From Octopus vulgaris (lineage: Eukaryota), in assembly GCA_951406725.2 (NCBI GenBank), contig OX597829.1, positions 45,942,001 to 46,006,000 on the forward strand: 64,000 nucleotides of DNA. The letters are read 5' to 3'. Positions 1 through 10,944 of the stretch are shown piece after piece. A program made the position numbers and the translations under genes. The notes under the pieces were generated by a model. That model searched no databases, was not told the origin of the DNA, and saw only the letters and a program-made list of their open reading frames with translations. Numbering within the stretch: the stretch's first letter is position 1; each line of letters starts with the position of its first letter.

Positions 1-1780
1 ATATTTTGAAGAGGAAGAAGCACCTTGTTCATGTCCACCAGAGGATTTTCTTGGACACTGTGTTCACTAGGTACAAAAGTATTTCTAGATCCCCAGTCCT
101 TCTGCTTGTAATGCTTGGACACATTCCGACTGCCCCAGAGACAGAGAAAGCAACAGTAATTTGTGAAGCCCACTTGCACGCCTATAAGAAGTGCAATGAC
201 CTTGAGGTACCCGCAGACACTCCACTGGTACTGGTTGTACTTGACAGCTAACAAAAGGAGCGCCATATCGTCATACGACCCTATCAGAGGGACTGTCCCA
301 TTGTACAGGAGTACAGCCTTCAGACTTCGCTTGGAAGAGTCTATGAAAAGACGTCAGTCTGAGGGATTGTGTGGGAAACCAAAGAAAGTGAGTGAACAAT
401 CCAGAGACATTTGTGCAGTAGCGAAACCTGTTTCCCATGTCGGAGAATGAAGCAATGTCCTGGTTTGATGTCCTGAAACTGGTGATACTTACACTTGCTT
501 AAGCCGGGATGCCAGGAGCTCTGACCGCTGCTTAGATAGATACAAATCATGGACAAGGCCATTCAGGTCTTCCTGCGTCATCCAGTGGGGCTCATTGCCG
601 CTTGCTCCTGAATAAACAAGAGACGTTGTCTTAAGAAGAAACCGACTTGGCAGAATCTTCTCCTGAAGGCATTTTTTCATCTGATGAAGGACTAGGATCC
701 TTATTTGCTGGGGGTGTAGGGACAGGGAAGTCATCTAAGTGGGAAGCCGGCCTCATAGCCGAGGGAAGGTTGGGATATTTGATCTTTTTTCTAGAAGAAA
801 TATTGAAGCCTGTTATATTTGTTGGACAAACATAAGAACCATTTGCGTGGTTTCTTGGCTCTCTCCAGATCATCTGGACAGCAAAGTTGAAGGATGCCTT
901 CCTTCCGTTAAACAATGCAGTTAGTCCATTGTAGCAGGGTTTACAATAGATGTGTGGGGCCCAGGATTTGTCCTGATCTCCAATTTTACAGTGAAAATAG
1001 TGAAAGTAGGTGGTTCTTATGAATGAGGTAATTGTTCAGCGTTGTGCAACTGTCGTAGCAGAATGAATTTGCCTTGTTAATGAATACTCGATGTTTTGAA
1101 GTCCCTAAAGGCATTGTAGAGATATGTATCATATATATCACAAAAGCTGGAAAATGAAATAAAATCTGATCATATATATATGTTTATACGAATTGTCGCA
1201 AAATCTAGAAATTCAATATTTCTAGTTACGGTGACCAGTGAATAGATTTCACTGTAAATATATATATTTGCGAAGGCTTGGCAGGTATCTCAACTAGCAG
1301 GACTGGCTACCCTGGACTGATGACGAGCAATGGACTCAGAAACATGCATGTCTCTAGGTGCTAGCCCTAGCTGGTGGGGGGTGCTTGCCTCCCCTTCGCA
1401 AATATAAGAACACAGGAAATGTGTCAAAGCCGACAGGAAGTGTCGATGATAAATAGCGGTGGTGTAATTCCCTTTACGTTATGTTGACAGTCATAATAAT
1501 GTATATCTCAAAAACTAGAGGTGATGAGTGAAAAATGATTTTGTATCTGAAATCAGCACCCCAAAATTAGACTAGAAAGAACTATTTATATACTTATTTC
1601 TTTACTGCCCAAAAGGAGCTATACACAGAGGGGAAACTATTTTTATACTGTCAACTTAACGTGACAGTCCCATATACAACTGCTCTATCGTACCACCACT
1701 GCTCATATCTCTCTGAGATATTTAGAAATGTAATATAACTATTTTTATGTTTGTCTCAATTTCTCTTTTGTAAACTAGTG
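1..1780 (-). mobile_element. Chapaev3-like (CMC superfamily) DNA transposon, 5' part with decayed transposase; runs off the window start
   Basis: Minus-strand translation gives GDQDKSWAPHIYCKPCYNGL..MIWREPRNHANGSYVC (Chapa-type Cys/His domain), LNGLVHDLYLSKQRSELLASRLKQ and WSVCGYLKVIALLIGVQVGFTNYCCFLCLW, with frameshifts. The terminus reads CACTAG.. on the minus strand at 1780, next to TTA (TWA-type target). Confidence 0.65.
1305..1366 (+). ncRNA. Type I hammerhead ribozyme motif (canonical core) in a ~145-bp hairpin element (1263-1406)
   Basis: CCTGGA-CTGATGA-C-GAG(caatgga)CTC-A-GAAA-CATGCATG-TC-TCTAGG. Stem I CCTGGA/TCTAGG is extended by GGCTA/TAGCC; stem III ACATGCATGT is palindromic; GUC cleavage triplet. 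Confidence 0.8.
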
Positions 1781-1849
1781 TTATTATTACTGACTGTATC
1801 ATGTTACGATATTATTTTCGATCTTAGGGAAATTCAAAAATAAATACCT

Positions 1850-2080
1850 ATTTGTTTATTACCCATAAGGGGCTGAACATAGAGGGGACAAACAAGGACA
1901 GACATAGGTATTAAGTCGATTACATCGACCCCAGTGCGTAACTGGTACTTAATTTATCGACCCCGAAAGGATGAAAGGCAAAGTCGACCTTGGCGGAATT
2001 TGAACTCAGAATGTAACGCAGACGAAATACCGCTAAGCATTTTGCCCGGCGTGCTAACGTTTCTGCCAGCTCGCCGCCTT
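1850..2080 (-). mobile_element. tRNA-derived SINE with Nin/Deu-type central domain
   Basis: Minus strand: GGCGGCGAGCTGGCAGAAACGTTAGC..GAGTTCAAATTCC (B box)..GCCTTTCATCCTTTCGGGGTCGATAAATTAAGTACC. Near-identical copies at about 27.8, 50.7 and 57.0 kb. Confidence 0.85.
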
Positions 2081-2509
2081 CAAAAATAAATACCACTGGT
2101 TTGCATCCCCAAGATCCGCGATCCAGACAATCTCAAGAAAAATAAATTATCACAAAATTATCGATCACTCAATGCGCCTTAACCAACCGAAAAGATTGAT
2201 AAATCTCTCAAAACTTACAGCGCCCTAAGAAACTGGAGCGTCACAATATGGTGACCATCTCAATAATAATAATAATGATTTCTTTTATGCGCCAACAGGG
2301 TGACGGATGAGAAGGCGGTGGGCTGCAATACAAAGACAGACATAAACTGTAGTGATTTACATAAAATGGAATAATATAGAAATAGAACTAAAAGTTATAT
2401 ACGGTGTACAGTAAAAATAGAATAAATCTTAATGCACACCGGAAAAACAGTGTGATAGTGATGTCCTCCTGAGACAGGAGGACGAATCCCACTATCCCAG
2501 ATCTCATTG

Positions 2510-2543
2510 TAGTAGTATAGTAGTAGTGGTGGTAGTAGTAGTG

Positions 2544-2625
<82 letters not shown>

Positions 2626-2632
2626 TAGCAGC

Positions 2633-2664
<32 letters not shown>

Positions 2665-2668
2665 CAGC

Positions 2669-2706
<38 letters not shown>

Positions 2707-3130
2707 CAGTAGTGGTAGTAGTTGTAGTAGCAGTAGCAGTAGTAGTAGTAGTAGCAGCAGCAGCAACAGTAGTAGTAGTTGTAGTAGTAGTATGTATGTA
2801 TGTATGTATGTATGTATGTATGTATGTATGCATGCATGTATGTATGTATGTATGTATGTATGTATGTATCTATGTATGTATGTATGTATGTATGCATGCA
2901 TGTATGTATGTATGTAAGTATGTATGTATGTATGTATGTATGCATGCATGTATGTATGCATGTATGTATGTATGTATGTATGTTTGTATGTATGTATGTA
3001 TGTACTGGATGTATGTATGTATGTATGTATGTAAGTATGTATGTATGTATGTATGTATGTTTGTATGTATGTTGTATGTACTGGATGTATGTATGTATGT
3101 ATGTATATATGTGTGTATGTACTGGATGTG
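2510..3130. repeat. Compound microsatellite (TAG/CAG)n followed by (TATG)n
   Basis: Directly visible tandem repeats. Confidence 0.97.
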
Positions 3131-3279
3131 CTTCGGTACGCGAAAGGTAAGTTTTTTGTTGAGTTGTTTTATTCGTTTAAAGTTGCTAACCATTTCGTTA
3201 AATAAGTATCCCTACTTCATTGTGTGAAAATGGGACACAATAAGACTGGGTACTAAAGGGCTCTTTACATAGACAAATT

Positions 3280-3889
3280 TCACCATATTGTATTACGCAT
3301 GCGCGGAAGTGTTTGTTCGACTAGGTGTTGCTGGCTTTATTACACACGACATCAAGTTAGAGAAGGGGTGCGTATCATACGCAAGGTTTAGGTTTTTCAG
3401 ATGTACAGTCCCCTAAAAATCCCCTGCGCATTATACTCAAGGGCAGACTATACTCGAGGATTTACGGTATATCGTTGCCAGACCAGAACTGTCCTCTGCA
3501 GTCGCCGGAACTGCCATATTGTAAATTTCAATGTTGTAGTGCGGTCCCCCCACCCCACTAGGCATGAAACCGAAAGGAAGTTGTCTATCCATGAAAGTTC
3601 GGGTAAAAAATCTGTCACTGAGGAGCTCAGAACAGGGTGAAATCACGTGATCTGGCAGTTCCGGCGACCGTAGACGATAGTTCTCGTCTGTCAACGATAT
3701 ACCGTAAATCCTCGAGTATAGTCCGCCCTTGAGTATAATACGTAGGGGATTTTTAGGGGACTGTACATCTGAAAAACCTAAACCTTGTGTATGATACGCA
3801 CCCCTTCCCTAACTTGAGTCGTGTGTAATTAAGCCAGCAACACCTAGTCGAACAAACACTTCCGTGCATGCGTAATACAATAATGGTGA
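3280..3889. repeat. Long imperfect inverted repeat, arms 3280-3530 and 3638-3889
   Basis: The arms are reverse complements over ~250 bp; the HHR spans the spacer/right-arm junction. Confidence 0.92.
3612..3658 (+). ncRNA. Type I hammerhead ribozyme motif (canonical core)
   Basis: CTGTCA-CTGAGGA-GCTC(agaaca)GGGT-GAAA-TCACGTGA-TC-TGGCAG. 6-bp stem I, palindromic stem III ATCACGTGAT, AUC triplet. Confidence 0.8.
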
Positions 3890-4215
3890 TGTTCTTAACT
3901 GTTATATGGGAATGTAAATATGTTTGCAAATTGTTTGCGTTACGTGTTATTCTGTATTCTGAATACTTTTATTTTAATAAATGTTGCTTATTGCAAGTTA
4001 TGGATGATTCTTTTATGACTTCATTGCTTTCAGGCTTAGCTTAAGGTATTTTCACGCCCGACATCACAAAATGCGTTTAAATAAACATTGCCGGACAGCA
4101 AATAGAGACTCGGACATTGCTTAGAAAATATTTTTCATTTTTAACCAACGTACTAGGGATTTTGACCTTTAAATTTTAGAAAAACAAAATGCAGATAATA
4201 CTCGAGGATTTAAGG
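3702..4215. mobile_element. Tc1/mariner-pogo-type MITE
   Basis: TIRs CCGTAAATCCTCGAGTAT / ATACTCGAGGATTTAAGG (1 mismatch), with TA on both sides; non-coding. Confidence 0.8.
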
Positions 4216-4381
4216 TATATTCGAGTGCTTTTATGTACTACGAGTCCATATGAAAGGTCCTCACTACGTGAATAATGCAGTATTCTGTGTCCTAACATAA
4301 CATCCATGTTAAGTCGGTGATAAAGCTTGCCTTTAGTAGTAATACTGCTTCTGTCGCTATTCAATTATATATATCTATGTG

Positions 4382-4461
<80 letters not shown>

Positions 4462-4465
4462 TTTA

Positions 4466-4499
<34 letters not shown>

Positions 4500-4502
<3 letters not shown>

Positions 4503-4886
4503 TAGCAGTATCGCCCGGCGTTGCTCGGGTTTGTAAGGAAAATAACTATATAAGCATTTTAGAGAGTTATAGCCAAAAAATAGCAAAAAAATGCATCAAA
4601 AATGGAAAAAAATGATGGTAATTTTTTTTAATAATCGTTGACTCATCGTAGACATTTTTAGAGAGTTACTTCCCTTATATAATAGCGAAAAAGATGCATT
4701 AAAATGGAAAAAAATGATGGTAAATTTTTTTTAAATCGTAGACTCATCGTAGACGCGCGCTAATACCCAGAAGGGCTCGATATGAATCACGACTATAAGA
4801 TACCCGGTTTTGGTTAAACTGCACCGCAAAATGTGGGAGTAGTTAGGAATCTAAATCGTAGGAGACAGACACACAACCTTACTTTT

Positions 4887-4890
<4 letters not shown>
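4500..4890 (+). mobile_element. Non-autonomous Helitron/Helentron-like element
   Basis: Starts ACTAGCAGTATCGCCCGGCGTTGCTCGGG (subterminal hairpin) and ends ACAGACACACAA..TTTTATATATA, inside (TA)n. The same 5' end occurs at 9151. Confidence 0.6.
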
Positions 4891-4952
<62 letters not shown>

Positions 4953-5544
4953 GTATATGTATATATACTTTTCATTACGTATTATACACTCGTCAATATC
5001 CAGGTTTATAAACGCACATTATAACGTAGGCGTTTTCATAGCTGTATGCTATTTGCTCTGAATTTTCTCTGAATTTTCAGAAAAACGCTTTCAGACTCTG
5101 AAATAAGCCAAAACGAATACGGCAATAAAACTTATTAAAATTCTATAAATTATATTCAACAAATTATTGCAGAGAAAACGTCAAACACCTGCACCTTAGA
5201 ATATGCTGCTTGGTAGTTTGTTAATCAGAGTATTATCATCTCATGCACAAACAATATATATACGCACACACTCGTATACCAAGCCGTGTACAAGCATATA
5301 GACATACAGAGACAGATGCGATGCACATATATACACCATACTCACAAAAGCAGACGCATGCACACGCACACACACACACGCACACGCACACGTTCATCTA
5401 TTGATACATACGTACACTCAAAAATAACAACTTCAAAACAAAATTTTGGAAAATAAACGAAAAATATTTCCTCTAACATACATTTTTAACATTTTTCTCC
5501 TTCTCCGTATCCTCCCCGTTTCTTCCTCTGTCTATCTTTTCTAA

Positions 5545-5820
5545 CACTCTCTATCTCTCTCTACCTTTCTCTCTCTCTCTCTACCTTTCTCTCTCTCTCT
5601 CTACCTTTCTCTCTCTCTCTACCTTTCTCTCTCTCTCTACCTTTCTCTCTTTCTCTCTCTACCTTTCTCTCTCTCTCTACCTTTCTTTCTCTCTCTCTAT
5701 CTTTCTCTCTCTCTCTACCTTTCTCTCTTTCTCTCTCTACCTTTCTCTCTTTCTCTCTACCTTTCTCTCTCTCTCTCTACCTTTCTCTCTCACTCTCTAC
5801 CTTTCTCTCTCTCTCTCTAC

Positions 5821-5858
<38 letters not shown>

Positions 5859-6179
5859 ACCTTTCTCTCTCTCTCTCTACCTTTCTCTCTTTCTCTCTCT
5901 ACCTTTCTCTCTCTCTCTCTACCTTTCTCTCTCTCTCTCTACCTTTCTCTCTCTCTCTCTACCTTTCTCTCTCACTCTCTACCTTTCTCTCTCTCTCTAC
6001 CTTTCTCTCTTTCTCTCTCTACCTTTCTCTCTCTCTCTCTCTACCTTTCTCTCTCTCTCTCTACCTTTCTCTCTCTCTCTACCTTTCTCTCTCTCTCTCT
6101 ACCTTTCTCTCTCTCTCTCTCTACCTTTCTCTCTCTCTCTACCTTTCTCTCTCTCTCTCTACCTTTCTCTCTCTCTCTA

Positions 6180-6220
<41 letters not shown>

Positions 6221-6271
6221 CTTTCTCTCTCTCTACCTTTCTCTCTCTCTACCTTTCTCTCTCTCTCTCTA

Positions 6272-6308
<37 letters not shown>

Positions 6309-6420
6309 CTTTCTCTCTCTCTCTCTACCTTTCTCTCTCTCTCTCTACCTTCTCTCTCTCTCTCTCTACCATTCTCTCTCTCTCTCTCACCTTTCTCTCT
6401 CTCTGTCTCTCTACATTTCT
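5545..6420. repeat. Pyrimidine minisatellite of ACCTTT(CT)n units
   Basis: Dozens of visible units of ~18-22 bp. Confidence 0.95.
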
Positions 6421-6818
6421 CTCATACATTCTTTCACACACTTTTTCATACACTTACACAAGATAAATTAAGACACACACTCACACATACATAAATATAC
6501 ACACAAATAAATATAAATTACAACTGATTCACACACAAAAAAAAATTAAATATCGGTACTCAATACTCAGTGATGAAATTTCTTTTCCTTTCTTTCTTTC
6601 TTTCTTTCTTTTTACTCTAACTCTCACATCCATCCTAAATGTGTGTATATACATACATACATACATACATACATGCATATATACATACATACATGCATAC
6701 CTACATACATACAAACATACATACATACATACATACATACATACATACATACATACATACATACATACATACATACAAACATACATACATACATACATAC
6801 ATACATACATACATACAT

Positions 6819-6851
<33 letters not shown>

Positions 6852-6953
6852 TATGGTTTAAATTTTTTCAAAATTACAAAACAGAAGACAGAGACAGGTG
6901 AGGGAAAAAGAAGCAAGGTGTATTAGTTTGACGCTATAGAAATCTGGAAGAAT

Positions 6954-6989
6954 CTTTGACTTTTCGCGACTATGTTCCTCTACAGAAAG
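6954..6989 (-). ncRNA. Degenerate minimal hammerhead-like motif, A6U core (CTGTAGA), in a short repeat (~6855-6995)
   Basis: Minus: CTTT-CTGTAGA-GGAACATAGTCGC-GAAA-AG-TC-AAAG. The element is homologous to ~18830-18960. Confidence 0.45.
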
Positions 6990-7014
6990 GAATGAATAAC
7001 ATTGTATAATATAA

Positions 7015-7086
<72 letters not shown>

Positions 7087-7286
7087 GAGAAGGCCGGTTT
7101 ATTGGACTACGTTAGGTTTCCCGTCCATAAAGGGTTTAGCGCTTGCGGTGTATCGTTAGACCCCAAAACCTGTTGGCGTGTGGAAACCTAAGGTAATCCC
7201 ATAAACCGGCCTTCCACAGTTTTAATATACACTGCTCTAATTCTTAGAGTGTGCTTCTTCCCCGGATTTATGTTTTTTTACAAACG

Positions 7287-7318
<32 letters not shown>

Positions 7319-7320
7319 TA

Positions 7321-8018
7321 TTAAAATGAGGGTGAAAAATTGATATTAATTTGAAAACATCAATTTAACACCAGTTGTCTAGCATATTAAAAAACTGAGG
7401 TTCAGTGAATAGTATTTCATACATATAAGGGAATTACCACTATGTGGAAACCCTTACGCTAGAAGAAGATCCGCTATGGTCTTACCACTTAGAATTGTTC
7501 TCTAGAAAATTTAGCAAACACCAGAAACGTAAGCGAGCAAGACAAATGAAAAGTAACAAAAAATATAGATTAATCATAAACAAATGTTTCACTATCAACA
7601 AATTACGTAATTTTACTTACGCAATTTATTTGTAGGTCTTCAGTATGACCGTCCATACAAATATAATTTGAAGAACTACACGCCAGACATCAACACGAGG
7701 TCAATATGTATGCAGTTCTACCTATTATACTGTGGTTATTTTTCAAAAGTCTTCGTTTTGGCGCGCTAAATTACCGGAAATAATACTGCATAAAATAATT
7801 TATTGCAGTAGCCTTTACCAGTTTGAGAACGTATTAATTTAAAATTAAAATTAAAATGACGGGTAAAAATTGGATATTAATTTGATAACATCAATTTAAC
7901 ACCAGTGGTCTAGCATATTAAAAAACTGAGGCTCAGTACATAGTATTACATACATATAAGAGGGAATTACCACTATGTGGAAACCCTTATGGTAGAAGAA
8001 GATCCGCTTTAGTCTTAC
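7321..8018. repeat. ~165-bp direct repeat (7321-7485 and 7851-8018), pLTR-like, abutting (TA)n
   Basis: Both copies read AAAATGA.GG.AAAAATT..CATCAATTTAACACCAGT.GTCTAGCATATTAAAAAACTGAGG..GAAGAAGATCCGCT..GTCTTAC. Confidence 0.9.
7572..7650 (-). ncRNA. Type I hammerhead ribozyme motif with long stem II
   Basis: Minus: GGTCATA-CTGAAGA-[stem II with CTA/TAG plus 14-bp AATAAATTGCGTAA/TTACGTAATTTGTT]-GAAA-CATTTG-TT-TATGATT; GUU triplet. Confidence 0.75.
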
Positions 8019-8053
8019 AGTTGAAAAAGTCTCAATGACCGAAACCGGTACTG
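8018..8053 (+). ncRNA. Hammerhead-like motif with U3-A8 core (TTGAAAA)
   Basis: CAG-TTGAAAA-A-GTC(tcaat)GAC-C-GAAA-CCGG-TA-CTG. Palindromic stem III ACCGGT and GUA triplet, but stem I is short. Confidence 0.5.
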
Positions 8054-8226
8054 AAATGTTTTCCATATATACTTGAATTTTTTCCATATGTATGTATGTA
8101 TCTATGTATGTATGAATGTATGTATGTATGTATGTATGTATGTACGTATGTATGTACGTATTTATGTATGTATGTATGTATGTATGTATGTATGTATGTA
8201 TGTATGTATGTATGTATGTATGTATG

Positions 8227-8283
<57 letters not shown>

Positions 8284-8286
<3 letters not shown>

Positions 8287-8450
8287 GTTTCGATTCCCGA
8301 ACAGGGCGATGCGTTGTGTTCTTGTGCAACACATTGTCATTTGACTTTGCTTCAGCTTTACTCTGCTGTCAAAAATGAGTAACACTGCGACAGCCCGCTG
8401 TCCCATCCAAAGGGAATATTCACGCCACATAATTTGGGAACCTGGCCTTT
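8284..8450 (+). mobile_element. Degenerate 5'-truncated tRNA-derived SINE
   Basis: GTTTCGATTCCCGAACAGGGCGATGCGTTGTGTTCTTG matches the copies at 24170 and 34158. Confidence 0.65.
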
Positions 8451-8882
8451 TGACCTAAAACACATATATGCATACCTTCAGCAGAGGTCTTACGTAACAT
8501 GGTAGTCTGATGATAAATATGAATATTGTTATTACACACACACAAACACACACAATGTATTCAGTGGGTGGACATTTTTAACCAACTGGGAGTATGCTTG
8601 TAATTTAAAGGTAAAAGCCTCTCTAGATTGTGTTCGTATCTGTGAAAGGCCCACGTCAGGGATAATACGTACAATATTAGTCGATCTATTTTTCTCTGTC
8701 GTTTTTCCAAAATTAAGACAATGCAGTTTGGAACAGACAACATCTATGTAAATAGCTGGTGAACGTTACGAATACAATTTGTTATGTAGTGTTAGATTTC
8801 GTCCCCGGAGGTTATTCGCTTGCAAATATTAGTTCGATTTGGAAAAGTCAATAGTCAAAGTGTTTACATACACACGCACTCG

Positions 8883-8928
<46 letters not shown>

Positions 8929-9149
8929 CATATAAACATGCACTCAATTACATGTATAGATACATAACCTGACTGTCTTATCTTCTCCTATCTTGTATGT
9001 GTGCAAGTCTGTATGTATTTATGTGTGTATAGTGTGAAAGAGATAGGGTGTGTATACATTGTCAATGTGTATCAACAACAAGCAGTGGGGAAAATAACTC
9101 AAGGGACCATTCTGCATGAAGTACGTGTGTCTATATGCATTTATATATA

Positions 9150-9535
9150 TACTAGCAGTATCGCCCGGCGTTGCTCGGGTTTGTAAGGGAAATAACTATA
9201 AAGCATTTTTAGAGAGTTATAGCCAAAAAATAGCAAAAAAATGGAAAAAAAATGATGGTAAATTTTTGTTTGAGAGTTAAAAAGGTGGAGTTGCGTCCCC
9301 TAGACAGTCTTTGTTTTGTGTTTCTGATTCTCGACCCCATATCGAATTTATCGATTTTTTTCAGAACTGGGTCAACTTTTCAAAATTTTCGCTGCGTTAG
9401 TTTTGAATTATGACATTGGGCTATGTGTGTGTCACGTTTCATCAGAATCGGTTGAAAGCCGTGGTCAGGGTGAGGGTACAACCTAACAGACACACAGACA
9501 CACACACAGACAAACTGCCGTTTATATATAGAGAT
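9150..9535 (+). mobile_element. Non-autonomous Helitron/Helentron-like element (second subfamily)
   Basis: Same 5' ~110 bp as the 4500 element, different body; ends ACAGACAAACTGCCGTTTATATATAG. Confidence 0.6.
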
Positions 9536-9676
9536 ATATATATATATATATGTATGTATGTATGTGTGTATGTATGTATGTGTGTATGTATGTGTGTATG
9601 TATGTATGTATGCATGCATGCATGTATGTATGCATGTATGTATGTATGTATGTATGTATGTATGTATCTATGTATG

Positions 9677-9710
<34 letters not shown>

Positions 9711-9806
9711 TGTGTGTATGTATGTATGTATGTATGTATGCATATATGTATGTATGTATGTATATATGTATGCATGCATGTATGTATGTATGTGTGCATG
9801 TATGTA

Positions 9807-9850
<44 letters not shown>

Positions 9851-10117
9851 TGCGTGTATGTGTGTATTATAGTCTAGAGGTTGTGTATTTTGCTAATCGT
9901 TTTGGTACCGGTGATAATGGCACTGGGTATTATGTGTAATTTCAATGCGGTAGTGATGGTGATGATGATGGGTAAGCATATATTAATCGAAAAGCGAAGC
10001 TTCGTGATAGAAATTCTACTGTAACTGTATTTGCAAAATTTTCCCCTAACCTCCCCCTATTATTGCTACAGCTTACATATCATCTATGTTTACATTGATG
10101 TCGACATGTAAGAATTA

Positions 10118-10201
<84 letters not shown>

Positions 10202-10286
10202 CAGAAATGGTGATTATTACAGAAAGATATTCATTTTTCTGTTACCGAAAGTGATTTTGTAGATAATACTTACTACCTGACAGAAT

Positions 10287-10460
10287 CGCTGGAGGATCGG
10301 AAAATAAGGTTAATCATTTTACGTTTTGAGTTCAAATCCCGCGGAATTCAACTTTGTCTCTCACCTTTGCGAAAATGGGTAAAATAAAGTACCAGTCAAG
10401 TACAGGGATCGATTTACCTTTTCTTACATTGGCTGGTCTTGTACCAAAATTTAAAACCGT
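10287..10460 (+). mobile_element. Degenerate Nin/Deu-type SINE
   Basis: GAGTTCAAATCCCGC..AACTTTGTCTCTCACCTTT..TAAAATAAAGTACCAG. Confidence 0.55.
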
Positions 10461-10602
10461 TATTATTATGGTAATTTTGGCCCAGTTTCGTGTACACAAT
10501 GATGTGCGTTGTCCACCGCCGACTTCAATCTTTGTGACATTCGTTCGATGCGGAAGGAGTCATTTAAGGAATACTTAGTATTGAACGTAGAACATATTTC
10601 TC

Positions 10603-10672
<70 letters not shown>

Positions 10673-10906
10673 AGTAAGTTTTGCAATCGATTTGTCCGAC
10701 TATACACTTCAAGGTGGGGGCCACAGCATGGTTGCAGTCTGATGAGTAAAACATGTAATAAGTAATGCGCCCCACCACACACATAGAGTTAATGATTAAA
10801 AACAAAAAATACAAAAAATTGGAGGTGCAAGGAACGCCTGCACTTTAATATCAAGTTGACTCTCAAAGAAGAGAGGACGTTATAAAGGGAAAACTATAGA
10901 GTAAAA

Positions 10907-10944
10907 GTATAACGTTTCCGACATTAGTCCTTTGTCAGATATAC
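10907..10944 (-). ncRNA. Degenerate minimal hammerhead-like motif (G8A)
   Basis: Minus: GTATAT-CTGACAA-AG-GAC(taat)GTC-G-GAAA-CG-TT-ATAC. Confidence 0.35.

Noticed and set aside
676-710. CTGATGA-AGGACTAGGATCCT resembling an HHR core and stem II
   Set aside because: No GAAA/NUH or stem I follows; it lies within transposase coding sequence.
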